Shown here: piece by piece, positions 9,732-20,374 of the stretch
Layout: every line of letters begins with the position of its first letter
Numbering within the stretch: the first letter of the stretch is position 1
DNA from: Candidatus Bathyarchaeota archaeon
GTDB lineage: Archaea; Thermoproteota; Bathyarchaeia; Bathyarchaeales; Bathycorpusculaceae
Direction: 5' to 3'
DNA length: 64,000 nt
Assembly (NCBI GenBank): GCA_963717465.1
Contig: OY970340.1
Coordinates: 2,112,001 to 2,176,000 of the forward strand
Position numbers and translations under genes: made by a program
Notes under the pieces: generated by a model
What the model was told of the DNA's origin: nothing
Seen by the model: only the letters and a program-made list of their open reading frames with translations
Database searches by the model: none

Positions 9732-11823
9732 ATGGTTTTTACTAAAATTAGAAAGAGAGATGGTAGAATCGTTATTTTTGAGCCTTCATTGGTCAAGGAT
9801 GCGGTTCACAAAGCTTTGCTTGCCGTTGAGTTGGACGATGGAGGGAGAGCAGCAGATGTTGCAGATGAGGTTGTTAAGATTTTGCAGCAGAAATTCGGCG
9901 AGGAAATTCCAACGGTTGAAGATGTTCAGGACATGGTGGTTGAAGTTCTTGAAAGGAAAGGTTACAGTAAAGTGGCTAGAGAATACCGCGATTACCGAAA
10001 GAAGAAAGATGAGTTGCGAAATCTGCGGAGACTTTTTGGGATAGAACCAAAACTAACCGTGAATGCACTGGAGGTTTTGAAGAGTAGATACCTGCTTAGG
10101 GATGTAAAGAAAAACATTATTGAAACCCCAAGCATGCTTTTCCAAAGAGTTGCCCGTGCATTAGCTAAAGTTGACGTGTACTACAATGAAAACGCTGAAG
10201 AAACTGAAAAAACATTCTTCAATATGATGGCAAAACTAGAATTCCTTCCTAACACGCCTACGCTTTTTAATGCTGGAACTGATATTGGTCAACTTTCAGC
10301 ATGTTTTGTCTTGCCAGTTCCTGATTCGCTGGAAGGAATTTTTACTTCAGTAAAGAACATGGCGATGATTGAGCAAACAGGCGGAGGCGTCGGATTTGAC
10401 TTCTCAAAACTAAGACCAAAAGGCGACGTTGTGAGATCAACAAAAGGCGTAGCATCTGGACCAGTAAGCTTCATGCGAATCTTTGACTCCGCCACTGAAG
10501 TGATTAAAGCAGGCGGCAAACGAAGAGGCGCCATGATGGGCATTCTACGGATTGATCACCCTGACATACTAGAGTTTATAACTGCCAAACAAAACTCAAA
10601 GTATCTCTCAAACTTCAACATATCAGTTTCCGTTACAAGCGAGTTCCTAAACGCTTTAGAAAAAGACGAGACGTATTGGCTTGTTAATCCCCGAAACAAA
10701 GAACAAGTGAAACAGTTAAAGGCACGTGAAGTTTGGAATCTAATCGCCCATTCAGCATGGGCAAGCGGAGATCCAGGCGTTATTTTCATAGACGAAATTA
10801 ACAAGCATAACCCAACTCCTAAACTGGGCAGAATCGAATCAACTAACCCATGTGGAGAATTGCCTCTGCTCCCTTACGAAAGCTGCAATCTTGGCTCAAT
10901 AAATCTTTCAAAAATGGTCATCAACGGAGAAATAGATTGGGAAAAGCTTCGCGAAACAGTTCGGGACGCCGTTCACTTTTTAGATAACGTCATTGACGCA
11001 AATATATACCCATTGAAGGAAATCTCTGACATTACCGAGGATAATAGAAAAATCGGATTAGGCGTCATGGGTTTTTCAGACATGCTAATCATGCTCCGCA
11101 TACCATACGACTCCGATAAAGCGTTAGAGACTGGAGAGCAAGTGATGGAATTTGTTGAAAAAGAAGCACATAAAAAATCAGTAGAAACTCGCAATGAAAC
11201 GAGGCTCATTTTTAAATTTTAAAGGCAGTATCTGGGAGAACAAATACCCAGCATTGCGGAATGCAACATTGACGACAATCGCGCCTACAGGCACAATAAG
11301 TATTATTGCAGGTTGCTCCTCAGGAATCGAACCACTATTTGCCATCTCATTCATCCGCAACGCTCTGGGCGGAAAAAGACTCTTTGAAACAAATGCGTTG
11401 TTTGAGCAGACCGCAAAGGAAAGAGGCTTCTACAGCACCAAACTACTAGAGGAGATAGCAAGAACAGGCTCTGTTCAAAAAATAGCAGGCGTTCCAGATG
11501 ATGTTAAACGGTTATTTGTTACCGCACTTGACATCGATCCTGTTTGGCATGTCAAAATGCAGGCTGCCTTTCAAAAGCACACGGATAACGCGGTTTCAAA
11601 AACAGTAAACTTACCCAACAATTCTAAGGTTGAGGAAGTGCGCAACATTTTCGAGCTTGCTTGGAGGTTAAACTGCAAGGGAGTAACCGTCTTCAGATAC
11701 GGCAGCAAACTTGAACAAGTTTTATACATAGGCAAGATAAAAACAGAAAAAGGAACTTTTGTTTCAGCCCAATCTGATTATGCAGGCGGTTGCCCAACAA
11801 CGAATTGTCCATTTCCAGCCTAA
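9732..11823 (+). CDS. nrdJ: Adenosylcobalamin-dependent (class II) ribonucleotide reductase with ATP cone; one extra A near 11185
   Basis: KRDGR ATP cone, PNTPTLFNAG, LSACFV, TNPCGE, TIAPTGTIS, VSKTVNLP. Removing one A from GTAGAAACTCGCAATG joins the two ORFs (SVELAMKRGSF). Confidence 0.92.
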
Positions 11824-11862
11824 AGAATGGCTTTTTTATGATGAGTAAGTGGAGGTGAAAGT

Positions 11863-12381
11863 TTGGTTGAAGACAGAGGAACGATATATCTCTATACTGG
11901 AAATGGCGGTGGAAAAACAACGAATGCATTAGGCTTAGCTTTACGCTGTCTGGGGCACGGCTACAAAGTTGTTATTATCCAGTTTTTAAAATGGTGGAAA
12001 AACACAGGAGAGTACAAGATTAAAAATAAATTACCAAATTACGAAATTTACCAGTTTGGCCGAAAAGGCTGGAAAGGACTCAGCGAACTAGGCGAGAAAG
12101 ATAAACAACTATGCCAGAAGGCTATGAAGAAGGCAAGGCAAAAAGCAGATGAGAAACCAAGGCTTCTAGTGCTGGATGAAATCAACCTTGCATTAAACTG
12201 CAAACTGCTCGAGGTCGAAGAAGTTATAGCTTTTCTTAAGACCATCCCTAAAACAACCACTGTCGTTCTAACAGGAAGAAACGCCCCAAAAAAATTAATT
12301 GATTTTGCTGATTTCGTCAACGAAATAAAAGACATAAAACACCCAGATGAGATTCCCACAGTTAGGGGTATACAATACTAA
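11863..12381 (+). CDS. cobO: Cob(I)yrinic acid a,c-diamide / cob(I)alamin adenosyltransferase
   Basis: YTGNGGGKTTNALG, IQFLK, LVLDEIN, VLTGR. Confidence 0.92.
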   Translation: MVEDRGTIYLYTGNGGGKTTNALGLALRCLGHGYKVVIIQFLKWWKNTGEYKIKNKLPNYEIYQFGRKGWKGLSELGEKDKQLCQKAMKKARQKADEKPRLLVLDEINLALNCKLLEVEEVIAFLKTIPKTTTVVLTGRNAPKKLIDFADFVNEIKDIKHPDEIPTVRGIQY

Positions 12382-12509
12382 TCAATCGTGCGTTTGAGTG
12401 TTAAGAATGATTGTAGCTTAACAGTCACATATCTTTTTTACATTTTTTCAGTTTTTTCTAATTGAACGACTAGTAATCTTAAATTTTGAAAATGGAGGTG
12501 AATTAAGAA

Positions 12510-13092
12510 ATGTCTGAAGAAAAAAAGAAAATGTATTATGGTGGCAAAGAGAAAAAAGCTGGCGAGATCAAGAAAGCTGAGGAGCAGCCTACTCTGCCTG
12601 AAGAATGGGTTAGACCAATGCCTTACTGGTCAAGGGATGCTCAATTCCGTTTTGAAAGAATGATGGAGCAGTTTGAGAAAGAATTTGAAGATTTTTGGGA
12701 AGCATCTCCCAATGTTTAGACATGAGCATAGACATGCATGCCGTTTCCCGATGGTTCCGTTTAAGGAAACAATGAGCCTTCGGTTGACTTGGAAGATCGA
12801 GGAAGGGACTACCGTTTAACTGTGGACTTACCAGGTTTTAACAAAGAGGATGTTGAAGTTGAAGTTCAAGATGATTCAGTGATAATTCGGGCAAAAAAGG
12901 CTCAAGCTGAAGAAGAGAAAGAAGAGAAACTATGTTCGCCGAGAGAGAGTAACTAAAGCCTTTTACAGAAGAATGCAAGTGCCCGAAATGATTAAGACAG
13001 ACGAAGCTAAAGCCAATTTGTCCAATGGTACATTGGAGATTACTTTGCCAAAGAAGGAGCCTAAAGAAATAAAAAAACTAACAGTTGCATAA
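12510..13092 (+). CDS. Hsp20/alpha-crystallin small heat-shock protein (several frameshifts)
   Basis: Downstream frames give VDLEDRGRDYRLTVDLPGFNKEDVEVEV and AKANLSNGTLEITLPKKEP. Confidence 0.85.
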
Positions 13093-13120
13093 TTCAAACG
13101 CATTCAAGACACGTGCCTAA

Positions 13121-13891
13121 TTAGGTTTTGATTATTGCTTCGATTTTTATCTGCTTTACGTTTTCGATTCCATCCAAGGAAGAAAACATTCCTGAGAGCA
13201 TGTTCCATATTATTTTTGTAGGAAATTCTTTTAGAGGTATCTTGTTGCCGTTAACTTCGACAGTAACATCAGTTTTAGAAAGCAAGGGGCAATTAGTTTT
13301 CGCGTCGCCCTTCACTATTGCCTTAGCCAGTTCATAACATGATACATAGCCGCATTCGCCGCAGTGATTTAACTCCGGCAGTTTATCAAATGCTTTTTTT
13401 TCCACAATGTCGGCAATTTTTTCTGCTTGCCTTGTGCTGCTAAACATTGGGATTTCGAATTTGGACGCTTTTCCAATTTCAGTTTTCGAATCCAATATCA
13501 GTCCCGAGATTGCAATTGCTAATCCATCAGAAAATTCAGTGATTTCTTGATAATTTTTTGCGGCGATTATTTTTGGCATTGATTTTTCAGCTTCAAATCC
13601 TTCTAAAATCGCGTAGTCTAAACCTTGAAGAAAAGGTAAAATCTCGTTCATTTCAAGCCTTTTTTTGATAAAAATAACTGTTTCGCTACGGGGAACAGCT
13701 ACCACAATTCTTGCGCCCGCCTGCGTGTACCTTGCCGTTTCAGTGCCCGGAGTGTCAAGCGTTGGGATTCTAACCATTTCCTTTACTGTTCCAACGTGGT
13801 ATCCTCGACTTACAAGTTGCGGAATTAAATTCTCGATAATAGTTGTTTTTCCTGAGTGTTTCCCACCGACTACTGCTACAAACTTGGGCAT
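13121..13891 (-). CDS. mobB: Molybdopterin-guanine dinucleotide biosynthesis protein B with C-terminal Fe-S domain
   Basis: GGKHSGKTT, LDTPGTET, ILEGF, HCGECGYVSC...C. Confidence 0.85.
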   Translation of the reverse strand: MPKFVAVVGGKHSGKTTIIENLIPQLVSRGYHVGTVKEMVRIPTLDTPGTETARYTQAGARIVVAVPRSETVIFIKKRLEMNEILPFLQGLDYAILEGFEAEKSMPKIIAAKNYQEITEFSDGLAIAISGLILDSKTEIGKASKFEIPMFSSTRQAEKIADIVEKKAFDKLPELNHCGECGYVSCYELAKAIVKGDAKTNCPLLSKTDVTVEVNGNKIPLKEFPTKIIWNMLSGMFSSLDGIENVKQIKIEAIIKT

Positions 13892-14052
13892 TTTGTTTGC
13901 TCCTTAATTTTTCATTGCAAATGCCTCATATATGCGTTGAGTACGATGTCTCGGGACTAATTTAATGTTTAAATCGATTATTTGCGCTTAAACAAATCGT
14001 CTTGTTTATAAATAGCCCGTTAACTTATTCTGCAACAACGGAGTGAAATCAT

Positions 14053-14616
14053 ACGGTTTTAGTAGTTGCTGCCGTTGGAACAAGTGGTTCAGGAAAAACG
14101 ACTACACTTGAATTCTTAATTTCAAAATTATCTCAAGAAGGATACAAAGTAGGTGCCGTAAAACATGTTCATCATTCTGGATTTACAATGGATAAGGAAG
14201 GCACTAATACTTGGAGATACGCTAAGGCAGGATCAAAAGTAATAGTTGCTATTTCTCCAGAAGAGATAGCGATAATTAAAAAAACTAACGCTTGCCTAAA
14301 CGATTTAGACAACATAATTAAGCTACTAAAAACTGAAGACATCGACGTTGTTTTCATCGAAGGATTTCACAGCATCATCGCAAAAAAGAAAAATGTACCA
14401 AAAATAATAGTCGCAAAAGACATGGAAGACCTTAACAGAACAATTGAAGGCACAACCGAGCCCATATTGGCAATTACAGGAATAATAGCCAAACAAAAAC
14501 CTAAAATCAACGGGCTGAAAATTCCCATAATTGATTTACCCTCTGAAGGCGAACAGCTTCTAAAACTAATCAAAGACCGCCTCAGTTCGAATAAAAAATC
14601 AACTGCCAAAAACTGA
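14053..14616 (+). CDS. mobB: Molybdopterin-guanine dinucleotide biosynthesis protein B (second copy; apparent ACG start)
   Basis: Frame is open upstream of the track ATG: VLVVAAVGTSGSGKTT...VGAVKH...DKEGTNT, IEGF. RBS GGAGTGA precedes the ACG at 14053. Confidence 0.85.
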   Translation, partial: TVLVVAAVGTSGSGKTTTLEFLISKLSQEGYKVGAVKHVHHSGFTMDKEGTNTWRYAKAGSKVIVAISPEEIAIIKKTNACLNDLDNIIKLLKTEDIDVVFIEGFHSIIAKKKNVPKIIVAKDMEDLNRTIEGTTEPILAITGIIAKQKPKINGLKIPIIDLPSEGEQLLKLIKDRLSSNKKSTAKN

Positions 14617-14630
14617 ATAAGGGAAGAAAC

Positions 14631-15723
14631 ATGAAGGAACGGGCTGCGCTTATACTTGCAGGGGGAAAAGCCCGTAGATTTCAAAAAGACTTTTGCGAAT
14701 GGCAAGATAAAGCACTCGCCAGGCTTTCAGGAAAGCCGCTTATTGTTCATGATTTTGAATCTGTTAACGAAGTAGTGGATGAAATAGTTATATGCGTAAA
14801 TGATGAGACCCGAAAAGCTCGCTATTCTAAAATCTTATCTGAATACAACATAAAAGATGTGAAAATTGTTGCCGATGAGAAAATCAGCCATATAAGCGGT
14901 CCGAACGTGGCTATTCATACGGGTTTGAAATTCATTGAAGCAGCATACTGCTTTACTCTTCCATGCGACATGCCTATGTTTAAGCCCGCCGTAATCGAAT
15001 ATCTATTTAATAATGCAAAAAACTGCGATGTTCTTGTTCCAATGTGGCCTGACGGCAGACTTGAAACGCTTACTGCCATTCTTAAAACATCCAGTTCATT
15101 AAACATCACAAATGCATTATGTCATTTAAGACGCCCCCGTTCAGATGACATCATGAGAGGCGCATTAGATGTCCATTTTATCTCTCCACTTTACAGAATC
15201 AAAGCACTTGACCAACGATTAGAAAGTTTTGTAAACATCAACTGCTTCGATGACCTAACAAAACTGCAAACAAGGAAAATTAAGGGAAGACCAAGCAGCG
15301 AATATCGAACGACCGAAATTGGCGGCTTTACACAAACGAGAAATTAAGCGACTTCTTGAGGCTGATGCCTTTTGGGAGCAAGATGATTTAATGCAAGCTT
15401 CAGAAATTTTTTCTGAATGCGCAAGTCAGCTTGAAAAAGAAAAAAGTTATTTTTGGGCCGGTGTAAGCCGAGAATGCGAAGGAGAAACATTTTCTGGACG
15501 ATCAAAAAAACAACAGAATGAACCTAAAACAGTTGAATATGAAGGGTCCACTGCGAAAGAGGCATATTTGAAGGCAGCCAACAACTTTACTTTGGAATCT
15601 GAAATCTACGAAAAAACTCGATGCCATTATTTAATGGATATAGCAAGAGCTGACAGTCTATGGTGTAAATCGTGGGCCATCGGAAAACCTTTGCCGAGCC
15701 ATCGTTATCCCCCAAAGGGCTGA
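14631..15723 (+). CDS. mobA: Molybdenum cofactor guanylyltransferase with C-terminal helical extension (frameshift near 15300)
   Basis: LILAGGKARRF, DKALA, PCDMP, FVNIN. Overlapping ORF 15319..15723 probably continues it. Confidence 0.8.
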
Positions 15724-15732
15724 TTCATCCAT

Positions 15733-17001
15733 TTAAGAAAGTTGAGTTAGCTCTAGTTTACTAAATAATGTAACCGTTATTTTAGCGCCTTTCTCCAATT
15801 TTGTGTGAGGTGGAACAATGGCGTAACCGTTGGCTTTTACGATAGTGGTTAATGCACTTGAGCCGCCTTCAACGGGTGACGCAACAAGTCTTCCATTGGA
15901 TCTTTTGAGGCTAAGAAGTAGAAACCTAAATTGTGGACCATTTACGACTTCCTCGCTTATTTCTGCATCCATATTTGGAAGCAAATTCCAAATGCTCACC
16001 CCCATAAACTGTGCAATAAGCGGAACAACAAAAACGTAAAATCCCCCAATGCAGGAGCCTATGTGACCTGGAAGAATAATTATCGGTTTACCTTTCACTA
16101 TTCCAAAACCTGAAACTGCGCCTGGTCTAAGTGAAATGCCCTGAACAACAACTCCTGGTTTTCCCAATAAATTAATAGCGTCGGGAACAAAATCTTTCAC
16201 TCCAACTGAAGAGCCACCTATCGTGATAACGACGTCTGAAGTTTCAAGCGCCAAACCGATTTTTTCCGTAACTTTTTCCATTGCATCAGGCATTATTCCC
16301 TCAAGTTTAGGCATTGCACCAAGTTCAGAGACCAAACCAGCAACAACTAAAGCATAATTGTTCACAAATTTTTTCGGCTCACTCAAGTGTTGCTTGATTA
16401 GTTCGTCTCCGCCAGAAATAATTGAAACCACTGGTTTCTTGATGACATTTATTGTTGCCTCTTTTACAGAAGCCAACAATCCAACATCTTGAGACCTAAG
16501 CACCTGTCCCTTTTTAAGAACCAAAGCGTCCTTTTTCAAGTCGTCGCCAAGAGGAATTATGCCTTCGCCAGTCTTAATTTCTCGAACTATCTCGATTGTT
16601 CCTTCTTTAAGCCGTGTTTCTTCAACTTTCACAACGGCTGAGGCACCTTTTGGAATAGGAGCGCCAGTTGCAATGTACACTACTTCACCTCTATTAATAT
16701 GAGCTTCGCTTGGGTAATCGGCTGGAAAAATCTTTCCAACAATTCTGAAAGTAGCAGGATTTGCGATCGAAGCGCCGACAGTATCCTGCGGGGAAATTGC
16801 ATAGCCGTCTACGAAAGTTTTGTCGTAGCTTGGGATGTCTTTGTTAGAATACACGTCCTCTGTTAAAATTCTGCCTAAACAATCTTCAAAGGGTACGGTT
16901 TCGTTAGGTATAACAATTTTTTTGGTATATTCAAGCAGCATATTTGTTGCGTCTTGAGGGTTCGCGCGTTTGGGTAATCTTCTGATGTCCGGTCTATTCA
17001 T
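15733..17001 (-). CDS. moeA: Molybdopterin molybdotransferase
   Basis: GRIL.EDV, VDGYA, IATGAPIP, SGGDEL, GGSSVGVKDF, LPGH. Confidence 0.92.
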   Translation of the reverse strand: MNRPDIRRLPKRANPQDATNMLLEYTKKIVIPNETVPFEDCLGRILTEDVYSNKDIPSYDKTFVDGYAISPQDTVGASIANPATFRIVGKIFPADYPSEAHINRGEVVYIATGAPIPKGASAVVKVEETRLKEGTIEIVREIKTGEGIIPLGDDLKKDALVLKKGQVLRSQDVGLLASVKEATINVIKKPVVSIISGGDELIKQHLSEPKKFVNNYALVVAGLVSELGAMPKLEGIMPDAMEKVTEKIGLALETSDVVITIGGSSVGVKDFVPDAINLLGKPGVVVQGISLRPGAVSGFGIVKGKPIIILPGHIGSCIGGFYVFVVPLIAQFMGVSIWNLLPNMDAEISEEVVNGPQFRFLLLSLKRSNGRLVASPVEGGSSALTTIVKANGYAIVPPHTKLEKGAKITVTLFSKLELTQLS

Positions 17002-17163
17002 AAGAATACAGATTGTTTAGGGCATTTATTAGGAGTTTCTCTTTAGTGCCTGGTTTAGAAAAGGTATGAAAAGCGCGCGCGGCTCAAGAAAAAAACGCGC
17101 ACTATCGACTTTATTTAGGTTATTTGCGTTAAGTTTTTAAATAATCATTGATTATATTCCAAC

Positions 17164-17499
17164 ATGGAATTCGTCTTCCAGTTTAGTATAGCTTGGTATG
17201 GTCTTTTTGGAGGATTTCTTCTTGCTTGGATTGCATTGACTATCCTAAGAAGGAAACAGTTTACAAAAAGAGAAGCCAAAGAGCAATTCATCATCGGGTT
17301 ATTAGGATTGTGCGCCCTTGTACTGATGGAGCTTTTTGCAACTTCTACAAACTTATGGTATTATGTTCCTAACGACTGGCCAGTTATTCTATGGCCAACA
17401 TACTTTGTAGCCATACTCTTTGGTTATCAATTACTTCGAGTGGTTGAATATCACTTTGGTGATGTGCACCCATCCAAGCAAACAAGTAAAGTTACGTAA
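17164..17499 (+). CDS. Small membrane protein, 3 predicted TM helices
   Basis: Three hydrophobic segments; ATG start filling the intergenic gap. Confidence 0.65.
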   Translation: MEFVFQFSIAWYGLFGGFLLAWIALTILRRKQFTKREAKEQFIIGLLGLCALVLMELFATSTNLWYYVPNDWPVILWPTYFVAILFGYQLLRVVEYHFGDVHPSKQTSKVT

Positions 17500-17524
17500 G
17501 AATGTAGAATCGCATAAACAAGTC

Positions 17525-18889
17525 TTATTCATTTAGCAATTTCTTTCTTGCTAATGCCATTAATCTCAGAGTTTCCAAACGCCAAGGCTCAAAATCAATT
17601 GATGAATCAGGGTAGGTTTTGTAGTGCGTGCTTATCTGGTGCATCATAGTTACTGTAAAGCGCAGTTTGGTTAGGATCCTGATATGTCTCATGCCTCTAA
17701 AAATTCGCCGAGCAGTTTCAAAAGCACTTAAATGAAAATCGTCACCCATTCCAACTCTAAGTACATCTTCCTCGGTTACAATCTTCTCACTCATGCCATA
17801 ATTCAATTCTTCATCACTGCTCGAATGCAAAAATAAGCGAAATACCTCAGAACTTGCCTGCTTTTTTCCATAAGCCTCGACAAATTTTTTATTGTAACTC
17901 CATAATGCTTCTTTTGTAGGCTCACCTTTCCCGAGCGCTTCAACTATTGTCTGCCCTGCAAAGTATCCGCTAAGCATTGAAGGCATAATTCCACCACCAT
18001 GGACAGGATTAACCAGCGAAGCCGCATCGCCAACTAGCACAACACCATCGGAAACCATATTATCAAATGGTCTTCGCGTCGGATCAAACCACGAACCTGC
18101 CTTCAAAACTGACGAGCCGTCAAAAAGTGGCTTAGCAAACGTGTTAGCATAAAGTTGTTTCTTCGGATTAGGATATTTACCACGCATGCAAACCCCGATA
18201 CCTACATTAACCTTCGCGTCACCTTTAGGAAAAATCCAGACATACCCACCAGGTGAAACAAACTGATTAAGATAAATCTCGCAATACCGCGATTCCTGAT
18301 TTCTCTGTTTGAGCTGACGAATTTCTCTGTAACATGCTGAAACATCCTCGCTCTCTATTTCACGGTCAATCCCCATTTCAACTGGAAGACGATGTCTAAC
18401 AACACCCAAAAAGCCGCTGGCATCAACTACAACCTTGCTCTTAAAAGAAACATTTTGCCCTGTTTTCATGTCCCTTGCTAAAATACCCGCAACTGCACCT
18501 TTCTCAATAATTGGTTCACGAAAATTCATGTTATCCTTTAGAATTGCGCCTTTATCAATAGCTTTTTTTAAAAGCCATTGACCAAATAAGCGCCTATTCA
18601 AAACGTAACCAATAAAATCCTTATCCGCTATAGTAAACACTGTTTTTTCATCTGGAGAATAGATTTTAACTCCATCTATGCGAGATTCAAATTCACCACT
18701 ATTTGGCTTTTCCAAGCCAATAAATGATAATTGCTCCTCAGCTAATGCATCTCCACAGACCTTTTCTCCTATTTCATCCCTTTTCTTCTTTTCAATAATA
18801 CATACCGTTAAGCCTGACGCAGCAATGGTTTTTGCGGTTAAACAACCAGCTGTTCCAGCCCCAACAACAAGAGCGTCATAAATTTCCAT
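17525..18889 (-). CDS. Digeranylgeranylglycerophospholipid (geranylgeranyl) reductase family
   Basis: YDALVVGAGTAG, KVCGDA, PGGYVWIFPKG, VGDAA..VNPVHGGG. Start moved to MEIYD. Confidence 0.9.
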   Translation of the reverse strand: MEIYDALVVGAGTAGCLTAKTIAASGLTVCIIEKKKRDEIGEKVCGDALAEEQLSFIGLEKPNSGEFESRIDGVKIYSPDEKTVFTIADKDFIGYVLNRRLFGQWLLKKAIDKGAILKDNMNFREPIIEKGAVAGILARDMKTGQNVSFKSKVVVDASGFLGVVRHRLPVEMGIDREIESEDVSACYREIRQLKQRNQESRYCEIYLNQFVSPGGYVWIFPKGDAKVNVGIGVCMRGKYPNPKKQLYANTFAKPLFDGSSVLKAGSWFDPTRRPFDNMVSDGVVLVGDAASLVNPVHGGGIMPSMLSGYFAGQTIVEALGKGEPTKEALWSYNKKFVEAYGKKQASSEVFRLFLHSSSDEELNYGMSEKIVTEEDVLRVGMGDDFHLSAFETARRIFRGMRHIRILTKLRFTVTMMHQISTHYKTYPDSSIDFEPWRLETLRLMALARKKLLNE

Positions 18890-18961
18890 GCCCCTCCCCC
18901 AACTATAGAAAATATCATGCACCCGTTTAATAAGTACTAAGTAATGAAAAATCATAGGCGC

Positions 18962-19011
18962 GCAAAAAGCAGATTTTTAGCCATTTTTAACCATTTTTGG
19001 AACAAGCATGC
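18962..19011 (+). repeat. 50-bp dispersed intergenic repeat, copy 1
   Basis: 46/50 identical to 48046..48095. Confidence 0.85.
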
Positions 19012-19209
19012 GCTATCTGAAGATGGTTTAGCAAGGGTTTATTGGGCTCCGCAAAATCGACCGGAAGTAGAAGTGTTAAAACTTGAAAGTTCATAGTTTC
19101 AAATCAGCTAATGCTTAAAAAATAGACTTATTGTGCTTATTGGAGTAATATGTATATACGGGGTAAAGAGTGTTTTAAACGTTAAGTGGAACCAGCGTGC
19201 TTTGACCTC

Positions 19210-19250
19210 GTTTGAAAGTGGGTGGCGCACGTTTGTTTGAAAGTGGGTGG
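19210..19250 (+). promoter_or_regulatory. Direct repeat GTTTGAAAGTGGGTGG x2 upstream of the DUF116 gene
   Basis: Exact 16-mers at 19210 and 19235. A similar GTTTGGAAGTGGGTTGG precedes the paralog near 43872. Confidence 0.5.
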
Positions 19251-19277
19251 TTGAAATGATGGATGGAGGGATTAGGA

Positions 19278-19892
19278 GTGCCTTATCAGTTTAGTTTTGA
19301 TGTAACTCGCATTTCGCGAAGATTGTTTCGGGAAATAGCTTTGATTGCACAAGAGAAGAAAACTCATATGATAGTTGGGGCTAAAACTGTTGCCCTTGCA
19401 AAACGGTTAAAACTTCTTGAGATAACTGGCTTAGATGTTACGGAAGTGACCATTCTTCTTGAGGATCTTGTTGATATTTTTGCCAAAAATATATCAGATA
19501 GGCCGCTGTTCGAGAAAACTGATAAAAGAGTTCTCTTTCTGTCTCACTGTTCAAGAAAATATATGGATGGCAGGTGCAAAGCGCAATTTGATCCGCAAAA
19601 GGCAAGTTATATCTGTGCTCATTGTTCCCCAGATTGCCAGATAAATCAATCATGTGTACTAGCTGAAAGAAAAGGATATGACGTCTATGTTGTTGCAGGT
19701 GGGTCTTGCATTCCCGGAATACTTAAGAAAGGCGGCTATAATGGCGTGGTCGGGGTTGCTTGCAGTCAAGAACTCAAAATGGCAAGCAACATTCTTGAAT
19801 CAATGAAAATCAGTGGTCAAGGTATGCCTCTTCTTAAAAATGGCTGTTGCAGTACGCGGTTTAGTATTGATAGTCTTGAAAAGATTTTATAA
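19278..19892 (+). CDS. DUF116 family Cys-rich protein, copy 1
   Basis: LFLSHCSR..C, CAHCSPDC.I, VYVVAGGS, VVGVAC..EL, PLLKNGC. GTG start matches the paralog at 43916. Confidence 0.85.
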   Translation: MPYQFSFDVTRISRRLFREIALIAQEKKTHMIVGAKTVALAKRLKLLEITGLDVTEVTILLEDLVDIFAKNISDRPLFEKTDKRVLFLSHCSRKYMDGRCKAQFDPQKASYICAHCSPDCQINQSCVLAERKGYDVYVVAGGSCIPGILKKGGYNGVVGVACSQELKMASNILESMKISGQGMPLLKNGCCSTRFSIDSLEKIL

Positions 19893-20093
19893 AATGAAAA
19901 TTCCCATGTTTTGTAAAAAGGTTTGGATTTGAGGCTTAAAATTTAAGCCTCTCGTTCGGACTCCTTCTCTTTTACACTAATTCTCTGATTCTCACACATA
20001 AAGACATACACAGACACACAATGGAGGAGGGAAAAGCACACAGAGGAAGGCGCCAGTTCATTGGTAAATTAGCTTTTTTCTGTTAATTTCTGC

Positions 20094-20339
20094 TCATTTT
20101 GCGAGTAATGTTATGGACCGTGTTTTTTCCACCATTTGCAACCTAAGGGCAGGAACCGCATTTAGAAGCATAGCAATCAAACAGAACAATGCGTGAACTT
20201 CGATTCTTTTAAGACCTTTTACCCGATGCCATTCCAGACACAACTGATCTTTCAGCCTTGAATTCATCCGCTCAACCGAAGACCTTGACCTGTAAATCCG
20301 CTTCTTGACGGACAACCCGTGAGTTCGGTAAAATACCAA
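20094..20339 (-). mobile_element. C-terminal remnant of a DDE transposase (IS5/IS1182-like)
   Basis: IYRSRSSVERMNSRLK...HRVKGLKRIEVH matches the YxxRxxxE signature. The N-terminal part is missing. Confidence 0.75.
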
Positions 20340-20374
20340 TCATCAAAAATGTCCATTGCAGCGCGCTAATATTC

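Noticed and set aside
11170..11225. Split nrdJ as programmed frameshift, intein or two-subunit enzyme
   Set aside because: One extra A explains it, there are no intein motifs, and similar indels occur throughout the window.
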